From Paraglomus brasilianum (taxonomy: Eukaryota): 64,000 bases of DNA. Below the pieces are notes generated by a model. It worked only from the letters and a program-made list of their open reading frames with translations. It ran no database searches and was not told where the DNA came from. Below, in pieces: positions 1-12,900 of this stretch (its first letter is position 1; each line of letters opens with the position of its first letter). The stretch covers positions 1 through 64,000 of the forward strand of contig CAJVPI010000050.1 of assembly GCA_910592345.1 (NCBI GenBank), read 5' to 3'. Position numbers and translations under genes: made by a program.

Positions 1-21
1 AGATTATCACATCGCAAAAAT

Positions 22-95
22 CGAAATGGGCCAACCCATTTCAGGATCCCAGAATGGGTCAAATCCTAGAATGGGTCAAATCCTAGAATGGGTCC
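22..95. repeat. 17-bp tandem subterminal repeats (AGAATGGGTCAAATCCT) of a non-autonomous DNA transposon
   Basis: About 3 copies of the unit. The same unit occurs in reverse complement next to a GATTATCAC terminus at 7281-7319. Confidence 0.55.
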
Positions 96-650
96 AAACA
101 TTCATATCGTCTTGCAACTATTATAATTAGTTGATTATTGATATCAAAATTAAAACATCGCTCTAAGTAGGGGCATCAGTTCTCACGAAGTCTCAGCCTC
201 GATCGCGGTCTCTGTCACACACATTTTACCTAATCTCTCATCCTCTATCTCGGCCTTGTATTTAGGTTTTGTGACAGATAAAATTAATAAAATTTCGTGT
301 GAATGAGTCAGATTCATATAATAAAGTTCTACATTTTATTAAAAAAAATTATGCAAATAAACAATTCCAATTTAGTCAATGCCCCTGATGCCCCTATCTA
401 TTTAAAGCAATAATTTCCAAATTTGATCGAGGCATCGAACTGTTGAGAAGACCCTTAGATGTGCAGAATTTTTCTCCTCCGTATTAATATCTTTTTTTTT
501 TATTATTAAATAAACACAATGACAATGATAAACAAATGACTCGTTCATGTGAATTTTATTTCTCAACTAGTACTAGTACTAGATATCTGCCAAACAAAGA
601 TAATTATACATATTCTTTCTCTCCAAAAGAATATAAATTACGCCATTTTC

Positions 651-1512
651 TGATAATCGTGCATTCTTCCGACAAAATAATACGAAAATTTCGGATATTT
701 GTGTCGTACAAGAATAATTTTTATTTACGGTAACGATGCGACCACTACTTTAATAAAATCCGCTCACATGAGAATAATAGTAACACTAATACAAATTTAT
801 TCAACGGTATAAAAGTTTGCTAATGCTTCCAACGTAAGATTGCGCTTTAATACAAAGAGTTTTTTTTCGAGGCCAGTCAGAGCCTTGCGTTATTTTGATG
901 TTTTATTTTTTGAATTGCTTATTATAGACATAACATTTGAAGAACCACTCGTTGAACTTTCTCCGTGATTGTTCATTCTGAGGATTAGTGTCACTTGATA
1001 AATATCAGATTCTCATATCTGAAAAGTTCTTGTTTATAAGTTCAAAAAGGGTAGTTGTTAGCAAGTTGGAAATGATAGTGAAAAATGGTCTAAGCACAAA
1101 AAAGCTTTCTTCAAGAATTCAAAGAAATCTTTGAGGAACGTAAAAAGGAAAGTCATAGTATCAGTCAAGAAACGTGTGCTGCAGAAATTCGAAGTACCTC
1201 TGGACGTATATGCCAAAAGAGGGAGAGAAGGCTGTTAGATATTGGGTAATGAATGAAAAACGAAAAAAGCATATACAGAAGACAGGGGAGGACCCCGCTG
1301 AGACAGCAATCTTATATGGCAATAAATCGACAGATAATGAACAGTAGGTAGTCTACAAAGCATTCTTATCACGATAATAAAGCCATCGTTATCATGTGAG
1401 CGGATTTTATTAAAGTAGTGGTCGCATCGTTACCGTAAATAAAAATTATTCTTGTACGACACAAATATCCAAAATTTTCGTATTATTTTGTCGGAAGAAT
1501 GCACGATTATCA
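651..1512. mobile_element. Non-autonomous element with 121-bp terminal inverted repeats
   Basis: 651-771 is the reverse complement of 1392-1512 with one mismatch. No long ORF inside and no clear target-site duplication (TSD). Confidence 0.85.
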
Positions 1513-2277
1513 CTCTATGCTCATTGTCAACAGTAAACTAAAAATAATAAAAATAAAATAATATTAAATCAAGAATCAAGAATCAAGACGAAGATGAAGG
1601 CGAAAACAAGGAGAAAGAAGAAACAAAGGAGAATAAATATGACACCTCGAATCAATAAAGAAAGTCAACGCTGATGTGAGAATTTTAGTCATTGTGAGAG
1701 AAGTTCAGTCGCTGTGTGAATTTGGATCTTTGTGTGAATTTTGAATGCTGCTAGAATTATCTTGCTCATTCGCTTTCTCTCTCTATCTCTCGCTCACACT
1801 GTCAGATATTACTTGAATATGTCGAACGTTACCTGAATTGCAGGACATATGTAAAGTAGAGAAAAAACCGTGTCGTGCCGAGCAACACTGCAACTACTCA
1901 AAGAGTTTTCCGAAAATTATATTTCGATTAATGAAACAAGGGCTATATCAGCCGGTGAGTAAATAAAGAAATTGTTAATGGACTTGAAATATTCTGAGAA
2001 TATTTACGCACTCAAATACATTCTCAAACATAAAGGAGGTTCTGTGTCGGTGGATATGTAGAACAGCCTTAAAGAGTCTAACGCATTGGTAACTATCATT
2101 TCGCGTACAAAAGTATTGCATCATCAATAAATATAAAAAACTCTTTTTTAATCTCAATATATAAATTAAATCTTTTCAAGAAAACTCCCTGCTTCCATAC
2201 AAGTACATACACCGTAAGTACACACCGCAACATCACACCGTAACATCACCTTTTACATACATAATAATAAAAAAGTC

Positions 2278-2760
2278 ATGTTTTATCATTTTTTGAGTAC
2301 TAGTACCATCATTAAAATTATTCGTACAACTGTTAGAGAACAATATGATTATTATATAGCAGATGCATCGTTTTTAAACTCGGGACAATACAGAAGTCAA
2401 CATCACCATGGAGACCTACATACCCCTCAATAGTACCACTGACTTCACCATTTTAAAAAAGATGACATTGTAGAAGTAGAAGGAAGCATTACCAGAAATA
2501 TAGATAATATCCTCAAGGTGAGTTTTCTCTATTTTTAAACAACTAAATACACATGTTATATCTAATTTACATTTATATGCTAAAATACTATTGCATAAAC
2601 TAATTCGCTAGATAACGGCCTACCGCCTGCGTGTCACTAAGAAGGCCACCAACGAACTGACCCCATCACGCATGTCTATCCAAACATACGGCATAGTAAC
2701 CCCCCCCCCACCGAAAAAAAAAAATCGGCTATTCTTCAAACTGCATACATCACAGTACTC
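2278..2760 (+). pseudogene. Degenerate intron-containing gene, possibly OB-fold-like, interrupted by a mariner relic
   Basis: Frameshifted reading MFYHFLSTSTIIKIIRTTVREQYDYYIADASF..ITMETYIP..KKDDIVEVEGSITRNIDNILK, then a GT-AG intron, then ITAYRLRVTKK.. A Pro/Thr-rich continuation appears after ~3610. Confidence 0.35.
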
Positions 2761-2774
2761 AGAAGGATCAGACG

Positions 2775-3600
2775 TTGTGGGGCGGTTGAAAAGTTTTGAT
2801 CGTCTAATTTTTACTCAAAAAGAAAAAAATTTAGGCTAAAGTGTGAGTTCAGAGCTTCTTCTGAAAAAAATTCTATTGCGATTACTTTGCTCGTTTATGA
2901 GAAATTTAATTTCAAAACTTGATATCAAAACCAATGGCTTCAATTACCTGCAAAATTATAGATTCTTCATTCTTACCTGCTGTCTGAACAAGATGGAGGC
3001 CAAGGAAATTCACCAACTTTTGTCACATGCATGAGCACCTTCAATTATGACAATTAGACAGTGGATTAATAAGCTTGAAAGTGGAGAAAAAAATATATTG
3101 AAGAAAAACCATGTTCAGGAGCACATCCAAAAAAGAATGTTCTGTGTTTTTTATTATACTGTAGATGGATGTATTTGCTAGAATAGGGCAAAACTGTAAA
3201 TGAAGAATTCTATGGCAATGAGGTATTGCTTAAAATTTTTAGAAAAATGAGGAATAGAAAAACGTCATGCTTCATCATAATAATGCACAGCCACATAAGC
3301 ATAAATTAGTCAAGAGGCTGTTACAACAGGAGCAAGTAAAACTGCTCACCCTCCTTATATATATAGTCCAAATTTGTCCACCTGTGACTTTTTCTTATTT
3401 CCAAGACTAAAAAAGAGCTGGCAGGAAGGAGGTGAAAAGTCTTGCACGTGGTGTTCAGGCAGTGGTTTACAGCATCCCAAAAGAGGACTATTGCAAATTG
3501 GAAGAGATGGCTGAAATTTGTATAGAGGTTCAAGGAAACTATTTTGAAGGACTTGTATGATTTATTTATAAATTATTATGTACATTTTTGAATAAATGAT
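2775..3600 (+). mobile_element. Degenerate, internally deleted mariner-family transposon
   Basis: Fragments AKEIHQLL..TIRQWINKLESG (HTH), KRMFCVF, LHHNNAQPH, HPPY..SPNLSTCDFFLFPRLKK and IEVQGNYFE match mariner motifs LHDNARPH and YSPDLAPxDFxLF. A TIR-like GGGGCGGTTGAAAAGTTTTG lies at ~2780. Confidence 0.8.
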
Positions 3601-4754
3601 AATCAATGAACTCGCTGCCCATCTCCTGCACCACCACCTCTACTACTACCAATACCAACATCCCCAGCCACTGGCACAAGAAATAAACGAAGCTCCTCAC
3701 TGACACTTCCCAACAAGGTACGTTAGCAACACGACAGATTACAAAAATCTCTCGAACCTTGCTTCCACAAAACTCAACATTTACTCTTTGATCCGACTTG
3801 CAGGTCAACGATTAAGTTGGTGGGAAACCGGTATAACTGTTATCAATATATACATTGTTTATAATATTCTGTCGTTGCCAAATGAATATTGTCACGTGCG
3901 AAGCACAATCCGCAAACGTTGCTTGCATCAAGTGCCTACCAATAACGCCTGCGTATAACAATAGTAATTTCACGTCTTTGAGAATCACGGTACAAATTTT
4001 TACTTGCAATACCATGACATGGTCGTTATCGAGTATGCGATAAACCAGGTCTAGTTATTATTATATATCTTGTTGCTGTAAAAAGTATTCGCTTAGGTAA
4101 ATAAGAACTACACAAAATTACCCTAAACGGAAATCAAAAGTTAGCGTTAGGGAATGACACCACAGATTCGGGGCGATATAAAATACGTCTTGCAAGTTAT
4201 TGTTATGGCTTGTAATTGAAAACATCGTTTCAGCATATCAGATAATTGTGATACACGTGTTTCGTGTATTGACCAGAAGCTTGCAAACACTCGGCTTGTT
4301 ATGAGAATGCTCTGAATCGAACGTGTATAATGAAACAATATAACGTTATACGGAAATCAATGTTTCATCATGGGACACGTTTTCGTAGATTTTTTGCACA
4401 TCACGTCAACCATTTTCTACTTATTATTATGAGTAGACTGTTACCTACTTATGAGCAGACCGTTACCTACTTATGTTATTACATTTCGACAGAGATTTAG
4501 TATATAATATTATTGGCGACCACGAATGTTCGATCCAACATATAAAGAGGTGGCTGAGATGCATGCCTTATCATAATGATGATGTAAGACCTCTATCATG
4601 TTCTTGTCACAGTTACAGCTACGTATTACAATATTAACATCTAATCGATAACAAGGACCAAATATTGTGCAAACACTAAATGCCAGTTTATTTAAATAAC
4701 TTTACCCATAAATAATTTACACGTCAAGAAATGACACGAAGAATGATACAAGTA

Positions 4755-6638
4755 CTACCGGAAATTAAGCTGCTGCTCTTTCGAAACTGCCTTTGCCGGT
4801 TGTGCCAAAGGAGGTTTACATCGTTTGATACGTGTGCAACTTGAGATATTTTGAGATGCAGCACGTTTTCTACTGGCTTGGAATAAAATTAGGTAACGAG
4901 GAAGCGTGGCCTATAAACATAAAAAGCATTTTTAGTGTCGTCATGGTAATAAATTAATATCTAGTTTAAAATTATAGCTTTTTACCTCATTTCGATTAAC
5001 GGTCAAAATTTTGCAATGATTGGTTGCAACAACATCTACAACAAACATTGCCCTTGGATTGGATATTCCACAGTAGCTGTGGGAAATCGTTGGACTACCT
5101 GCAAACCACAATGCTTATGGAAAATACGTACACATGAGAAAGGGTATGGTTTGAGTTGTCTCTCTCTCTCTCCATCTCTCTCTCACGCTCTCTATCTACA
5201 CACACATTTGTTGCGTCAATTAAGAGAAAAACAACTTACTGTTTCCAAAGCGGGAAAACTCAGTTCTAACTCCATACTGGATAATACCACATAGTCCACA
5301 AGCCTCCTTACAAAGTTCTCCAGACCCGATTTTCTTACAGATTTCGGGATGAGTTAAATTATTTGTACACCTGATTTTTGTTCCATGAAACATTCTCTGC
5401 GTGACACTTTTTTCACTAATTTGGTTTTGCTCAGCAAACCGTTTTTTATAATCATTGTGTTTATTAACAATAGCCTCTGGCATTTCCAATCGAGCAAACA
5501 TGCATATTTCAGCGCCTTTGACTGAAGAACAAAAGATCTTTTTAATTTCTGCTATCTCTGCGCTGTCATTGCCGATTGTAACTATGCGGGTCTGCAATTT
5601 GCCCTTGTTGGCATTATAGCATGGCATGGAGCAATACAGCCTTAATATAGGCTCGTGAATGCTAAGGTCTTTCCTAGTCTTGCTGTCACATCCCATGCAT
5701 TGCCATTCGGATCTCAGAGTATCCGGTTGCTGAACAAACGGTGATCCACCTAGCAAACACGACGGATCGGATACAAGGTACGGGTTATAGGGGTATTTGA
5801 GGGGTGGGATGGCTGGGGGTAGGAAATTATTTGATGAAGGCAAAAATTGAAAGGTAGGAGCGGTCAGCAGTGTTTGTATAGATGCCAGATTTCGGTCAGG
5901 ATTATATTTGGTTGTTTGCGATAACGGTGGTATCGTTAATGGTGGTATCGTTACCGGTGGTGGCGTCAACAACTGTTGTTGTTGCTGTCGTTGCTGTGCT
6001 GCTTGTAACTGTAGTTGTTGCTGCTGTAGTTGTTGCTGCTGTACTAGTGCCAGTTGTTGCCGATGTGCTAGTGCCAGTTGTTGTTGCCGCTGCTGCTGCT
6101 GTTGTTGCTGCTGCTGCTGTTGTTGTTGTTGTTGTTGTTGTTGCTGCTGCTGCTGCTGCCGCTGCTGTTGTTTAGCCATTAGTTGTCGCAATGGTTGCAT
6201 TTGTTGTATTCGCTGTTGTTGCAGTATTAATTGAACATGTTGAAACGCTTGACGTAACTGATCGTTCTCCCGCTTTATCGCTAGCATTTCAGTTTTGAGC
6301 TGTCGTATTTCTTGCATTACATCTAGATTCTGTTCGGTCTGAAAAGTATTTACATTATTTGTTGCCTGAACGAAATTGTAGCCAGCCTCGAACAATTGTA
6401 GTTCTTGTTGACTCGGTATTCCGTTCGTCATGGATTGATTCATTGTATTTACACTAGTTTGCTCACATTGGTCTAATGAAGCATATGCTTGTTCCGACGT
6501 CGAGATAAGGTGTTTATTATCTTCGACTTGAATGGCATTTGGCTGAAGCATGACATTGTTATCGACAGCGAGACCTGGCGACACACTTGCAAAAACGCAG
6601 TCGGTTTGGTTTGTAAAGAATGCTTTAAACTTATCCAT
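4755..6638 (-). CDS. PolyQ protein with a Cys-rich Zn-finger-like motif and a C-terminal PARP-like ADP-ribosyltransferase fold; 3 exons (6638-5240, 5113-4986, 4910-4755), ~560 aa
   Basis: The 472-aa ORF is extended by GT-AG splicing to MFHGT..CGLCGIIQYG..LWFAGSPTISHSY..AMFVVDVV..ILTVNRNEATLPRYLILF, which follows the order of ARTD/PARP catalytic-domain motifs. Confidence 0.75.
5965..6170 (-). repeat. CAG/CAA polyglutamine tract
   Basis: TGC/TGT runs on the + strand, inside the PARP-like CDS. Confidence 0.95.
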
Positions 6639-7159
6639 TGCTAATGGTATTCAACATGAGTTTTGTGTTTGCACCCGTCTCGTTTCGACGTTTCGTTCGT
6701 TCAAAGAATGGCGGATTAGACTGCGTATAAAGTGGACATTCTAATTATATACTCTTTAATAGATAAGATTTTCCGTGTGGGAATGGCCAATCAAGCTTAC
6801 GGAGTTAAAGGTCCGGACAAAAACCTTACGCACATTTTCTACAAATATGTAACACAGTATGAACAACAAGTGGGTCATGAGACTCAATGCAAAGCATTTA
6901 AGAGTTTTTTGATGTATTGATAGAATTTAATGCATTATCGTAGTTAAAATCTGAATGCTATCGGGAGTACAATTTCCTTTTTTCTTCCATAATGACATTA
7001 ACGTTAAAGGGAGAAGGTTGATTGTGCTCATAAAAAAGGCACGTTCCCTTGTTAAGATTTACCTTATTGGGCAATTCGCTACATATTTGGAAAGCTTTGC
7101 AAGATCCAAAACGATAACTATAAAGTCTTGCTCATTTTGATCATATTTCTTTTCGGATA

Positions 7160-7319
7160 GTGATAATCTGCATCGTAATCAATTTGACTAATAGTATTTG
7201 CGGATTGAGTCATGGCTCTGCAAAGCAAACCTTTCACCATTTCGAGCCACACCAGCCATTTTTATTTTGTGTGTATTGTTATGGCCCATTCTGGGATTTG
7301 GCCATTTCGGGATTATCAC
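7160..7319. mobile_element. Small MITE-like relic with GTGATAATC...GATTATCAC ends
   Basis: 9-bp inverted termini. The subterminal unit is related to the repeats at 22-95. Confidence 0.45.
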
Positions 7320-8932
7320 ACTACAATAATCCCGTGCTGTGCACCAATAAATTACATTTTGGATAATGCCAACACAATACATATTGTGTGATAAAATGGA
7401 AGCAATCCCAAAACGGGCAAATTCGGTCCAGAACATATACATTACATGTCTATACGTACGTAATAGCATCTTACATATAAAAGAGTTGCGACTAGATTTA
7501 GCAAAGGTAAAGTAAAAGGGAACGTTCGGGTTTTTATAAAGACCGTTATGACAATCTTTTTTTACCGAAATGTCATATACAAAATATTCGATCAAACTGG
7601 ACTTATATTTAGAAAAGTTTTACAAACACTTTTTTGTGTGTAAATTACCCAATATTAATATTGCGAATTAACATATTGTATGCAGTTGCACGTCCATGGT
7701 ATCGCGGGAGGCATCTTGATATAACATTGGAGATACATAGTTGGACACTCTTGGGAATTTAATATAGCATGTTATTGTTATTATAATACGTGAATGTAAA
7801 AAACACAGCATATTTTTACATTCGAATTCAATAGAAAGTATTAATACTAAAGGTCAAATCTATGCATTAAACGAATGGAATAATTACAATCCGGCCATCA
7901 CTTTTCAGAGATAAAAGCAACAGATTTTTGAAATCAATATTAATATTGAATTGTAAAATTTAAACTGTTGATATTAGTGTCGTAAAATGTTATCAAGTTT
8001 GCCTTGAGATTTAACCCAATATCCAATGACAATTAGTTACAACTACGAACGAGGTAAACTAACGAGTAAATCAATTGATCAAACATAGCAATCTATTATA
8101 TCAACCTTTCGTGTTAATTGTAATACTAGTACTAGGTTTGCTTCACAATGTTTTGTATTCCCATGTATTTACAGAAATAAATCAACATCTAAATCAGGTA
8201 ACAATAAAAATAAAAATAGTTTGATCTACTCGATTTAAAGAGGAAATTCGTGCCACTTTACAAACACAAAAAATAGGGAACTCGTCATTTCCGGAGATGC
8301 GTAAAAGACAGCCTTAGACTCAACCGAGAAACGCTTCTTAATATCATTGATTTGTTCTAACTAATCCTCCGGTAAATATCATTGGTCACATCACTCGAAT
8401 TCTTTATTAACAAATACAGGTTACTTCATAATGATTAAAGTTAAGATTTGTGATTCCCGCTGACAATAACAACATCACTAATAGGGTAATGGAAATGTGA
8501 CAATGTATTTACGGTTAAGATATTTACTATAACAGAGAGAAAAAGCTTGATGTATGTTAATAATGTTACATTTGGTTTGGTTGAAAACATCTATTATACA
8601 CGAGGTTAGGAATAAAGGATGATCAAGAATGCTCAGATTTGAAACTGAGCGTCAAATTATTCGCCCAATAATAATTATTTGGTATGAAACCCGTCTATTT
8701 ACTGACATTAATACTAAGATTACAGATAACTAGTGGCATTATCACTTTCATGCCCAAATCGAATATAATCAGCAAGAAACTAACAAGACAAACAAGAATA
8801 AATATTAGCACAAGCAAACTCGGTTTAAATACTTTAACCCAACACTCCATTCTATCGACAGACACACAGTTCAATATTGCCGACACTTACTTCTCCACAC
8901 GACCATCACCATTCCATCAATCCTCATTTCTC

Positions 8933-9979
8933 TCACTCTTGCATACTCTCCTGCCCAACAAAATCAAACGGTGCTCTGACCTCGTTAGCCGAACGCTCAC
9001 TCTTTGGCGGTGGCGGAGGGGGGAAAGGAGGCGACAAAATTGGTGCGGGAAAAGACTGTACATCGTCTTCATCTCTATTTCCGTAGAAATCGTTGTTGGC
9101 GTTCACATTAAACTTCTCACCTAATTCAATCTTGGGTCGAATAGGCACTTGAATCTCCACAAACTTTAGCATTTCTTCCTCACCCTCCTCATCATCTTTG
9201 GCACTTCGCAATTTTTTCAATCTGAGCTCGTGCAACTGCTGTGCCGTCAACACATTTGACTGACTATCATCTTCGTTCTCGACTTTAGCATCGACGTTTT
9301 CTTCAACCCCGATCGATTCCATCTTATATGGTTGTGGTATTGTACCTCTACGTTCGTTAGACGTTTTCCGTTGCATCATCTTCAACACTCGAAAGCGTAA
9401 CAAGGCACCGCATCCCCAAATGACAGCATTGATGTATGAAAAGATTCCAATAACACTACCGAGGCTCGCCGCTTTCTTGAGAAATTGAAAGTATGGTTGC
9501 TGGTCCGGATATAGATAGTCAGAGTAAGGCTTAACCAGGCGAACAGCGAATAAATCGTCTGTCATTCCTGCACCGGTTGATATTATGATTGCGGTAATTA
9601 GCCAAAGACCGCAAAGAACAGCTTCCATTATAGCGAAATAAAGACTGAGTTTAAAACGGTTGATGACTTCAGGTATTAGTAGAGGGAGGCCTACTATGAC
9701 TGACAGACCAGTCACTATGAGCGCAATGTATACGTCCGCTGGGTATCCATGTATGCTTACAGAAAAGCCTTTGAAGTCTGTATATTCGGAAATAAAGGCT
9801 GACAGAAATTTCTCAGTATCAGATATCCAGCCACCAAGTAATGCAGCAGTTATTACTATAAACACAAAGACAACGACTTGAATCACCAGCAACGATATGG
9901 TCAGCAAGCGTAGTGGTGACCTGTTGCGTAATGATGACATGTTGCGTAATAGTGACATGTTGGGGAATTGTAATGGCAT
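8933..9979 (-). CDS. Single-exon 4-TM membrane protein, MARVEL-like, with an acidic, Pro-rich cytosolic tail
   Basis: 348-aa ORF with four hydrophobic helices in MARVEL-like spacing and a C-terminal PPFPPPPPP. Confidence 0.7.
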   Translation of the reverse strand: MPLQFPNMSLLRNMSSLRNRSPLRLLTISLLVIQVVVFVFIVITAALLGGWISDTEKFLSAFISEYTDFKGFSVSIHGYPADVYIALIVTGLSVIVGLPLLIPEVINRFKLSLYFAIMEAVLCGLWLITAIIISTGAGMTDDLFAVRLVKPYSDYLYPDQQPYFQFLKKAASLGSVIGIFSYINAVIWGCGALLRFRVLKMMQRKTSNERRGTIPQPYKMESIGVEENVDAKVENEDDSQSNVLTAQQLHELRLKKLRSAKDDEEGEEEMLKFVEIQVPIRPKIELGEKFNVNANNDFYGNRDEDDVQSFPAPILSPPFPPPPPPKSERSANEVRAPFDFVGQESMQE

Positions 9980-12900
9980 GGTGGTGGCGTTAGATTAGAA
10001 TGGTATACTAGTATATGGGAGACGGGTGGAATGAAAAGGAGAGAAAGAGCGGGTGAATGTGAGACTGCATTCCAGGAAGGGAGAATTCTAAAGCAGAAAA
10101 TGTAACGTAAACCATGTGAGAGACAAGCTTTTTGATTGGCATAATTTTGGAAAGTGCCCTGAAACTTTAACGTACGCCTACATCGATTTATCCTTTTATG
10201 TAAGCAGCTATAAATTTATTATTTTACGGGCATTTCAATTCCATAAACAAGTCGGCTTCTGTCACTTTCATTGGGACGACATGCAATCCTCGGCTTTTGT
10301 ATAGTATACCCCATCTTTCGTTTATGTCATTTTCAGGCAAACATGGCGTCACTACAGTAGTAACTAAAAAATGACTTTCCCCAAGCATGCTAGTGGAGTG
10401 GGATAGAATATTATTTCAAATTGAAAAAGGTTACATGTCACTTGAGAATTCGAGACCCTTGTTCCTATGCTGATACCATTTCCTTCCTCAGTTAGTGCTT
10501 TGTGTAGTGTTACCAGACTACGCTTTATCGACGACGGTCTAACCCTCGCTCGTCTGATAATTATGAGACTTTATTATATAGTATGTATTAGAAGTTTCAG
10601 ATACAGCACCCGAAATGTTGGTGTAACGGACATGTGTTGAAAAAGTGTTGTTTATTATTATGTTGAGCAACAGTAAATAATAATAGTCATATTAAATAAT
10701 ATATTATTATTGGTAGTAAAAAATTGTCGTCTATGATTGTTGATTCATTCACTGAGAACGAATATATAAGGAATTCCTTAAATAGACGCGTCGCAATTCG
10801 GCCCTTTTATAATTATGACAAGAGGACGCTGGAGTATCAGACCAGACAAGAAGAATAGTTCGATTATCAATGCAGTAGTTTTGATTAGATAATTTAGCGC
10901 AACGTTTGAATGAGAGTTTCGTGATTTGGTCAGCCGAATTTTATAAAGCGTCTGAATCAACGATAATGATCAATACTGAAGTTGTCTTTTACTTATGCAG
11001 TTGATCCAATTACCGATTATGAAAAGAGAGTTCGGCATCAAACGTCCGGATTACCGAAAAGCAGCTGACTGTATTGTAAAGATCTAATCCCATGACGTGC
11101 ATTTTTGGGAAGAGCAATTGCTGAGTAGGAAAGAACTGCAGTTCAATTGTCACGCATGATGTCGCAATGTTTGTTGTTGCCGAATGTGTGTCCCGATATA
11201 GGATAAAAAGTGCAAACTCTGAGCTGCGCAGAAAACATTCGGGAGTTATTACTTCTACCTGGTAATCAGCGATGATATTCAAATCTATGGCAAATGAATA
11301 GCACGTAGCTATTGCATTAACTACTAAGGACATTGAGAATATTGAACCCTTTGAAGCTTTTGTAGAAAACACAGCAGAAAGTGGTTTAGATTATCGCATG
11401 CACTATCCTCGCACAATCGATAATAATAGAAAGATTAAAAGAGCTTAGGAGCCTTGAATAGAAAAATGATTGAAAAACTTAAAACGGCACTTGCAAGGTT
11501 TGACAGATAGTGGAATTGAGATTGATAAAAACTATCCCTTTCTTTCTGGGTTTTCACTAAGAACAAAAAGCAATTAAAATAAATATTGCAATGGAAATAA
11601 CGAAACTAATAAAGAAACGAACAAAAAAGGATGCCTACGCAGATATGGTAAAAGAGCGAGAATAAGATGGGTCATGGTAATCCTTTGTTTGACGGGTTTG
11701 GCGGTTGGACATGGAAATCTTCTTGGAGAAGTTGTTGAACTTGCTGAAATTGCTGAAAAAGTTGCTCAAAATGTACCATTACCCCAGCCGCAATTTCTTC
11801 TTCTTACTCCTCTTCCTCTCCTCCTACTCCTCCTACTCTTCTTCACAATCCGTTTCGCACAACAACAACGAGCCCTAAACCATCGGTTTGATAATAGTAC
11901 GTCTGCTCTCTCAAATTTTATACTTGGTTTATTGTTCGAGACGGATATTTTAAAACTTCACTTGTTAAACCAAGATATGGAATGCTTACTATTACTTTTC
12001 GACCATCGTTTAATTGGCCGATAAGTTCTTGTTCGTTCACTTGACAACTAATTACCTGTGGGTGATAAAGTATCTTGTCAGTAGTTATAAATTATTTTCT
12101 CATTTTCTCTTTATTCTGCGTCTTTCTCGGCATTTTTCCAGGCTTGGCAAAAAAGGGTTTATTATTATTATATACTGTTGGAAATGGACGGGCTTATTCG
12201 TAATTGTTTAGCCAAAATTTTATATTACCACTATTGGCTTTAACATGAGTTTAAAAAAGAACTTCGACTTGTAAAAAAAATTGTAACCTTTTCATTCACA
12301 AGTAACGGCATGTTTACTCTCTTTTAATTCACTATTAATTAATTGTCCTTTTTGGTTTTGGTGAAATTCAAAAGTATGTTTTAAGTGTTTAGGAAGGTCA
12401 TTTTGCTAGAAAATATTTTTTATTCGAACGGAATAGCCCATTTTAGGGGAGGAATAAACAAAAGACTTAAAGTTATTGATTTCCTGTCTTGCCTTATAGC
12501 TGATACTGTAATTCGACAACTTCTTTACATCCGACAGCATTCTCGAACAATCTCTATACTGATATCTCTTGCAAATTGATTTTTATTTCAATCTCTTCTT
12601 CAATCCCGTCAATTAGTGCATCATGTTCACGTTCACGAAACGTGCGAAATTTTGGCAAGCAGCTTTTAACTCACGAACTCATTCACGCCTTATCTAAAAA
12701 AAATCCCACTTGTTTTCTTTTAAAAGCAATTTTTTTGCCCCCGAAAGTTTCTAATTGTTGTCTTAATTCTCTAATTTTACCTTTCGTTCTTTGTTCTTTC
12801 CCTGCAAACTCATCTAAGCACGTGATTTTCATGTAATATAGAGATTTGAAAATCGAATATGTATAGTGAATAAGTGTTACATTTTAATAGCGTCGTTTAA

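Noticed and set aside
1525..1846. TG...CA segment with AATAAA as a solo LTR
   Set aside because: No TSD and no second copy in the window.
5882..6234. Cys-rich and Val/Ala-rich ORFs resembling metallothionein
   Set aside because: These are antisense readings of the CAG/CAA polyQ tract of the minus-strand gene.
8684..9124. 146-aa + strand ORF
   Set aside because: It overlaps the 3' end and UTR of the better-supported minus-strand membrane protein gene.
11640..12840. Decayed minus-strand coding-like sequence (Glu/Lys/Gln-rich)
   Set aside because: Many stops and frameshifts and no recognisable motif, so it cannot be assigned.
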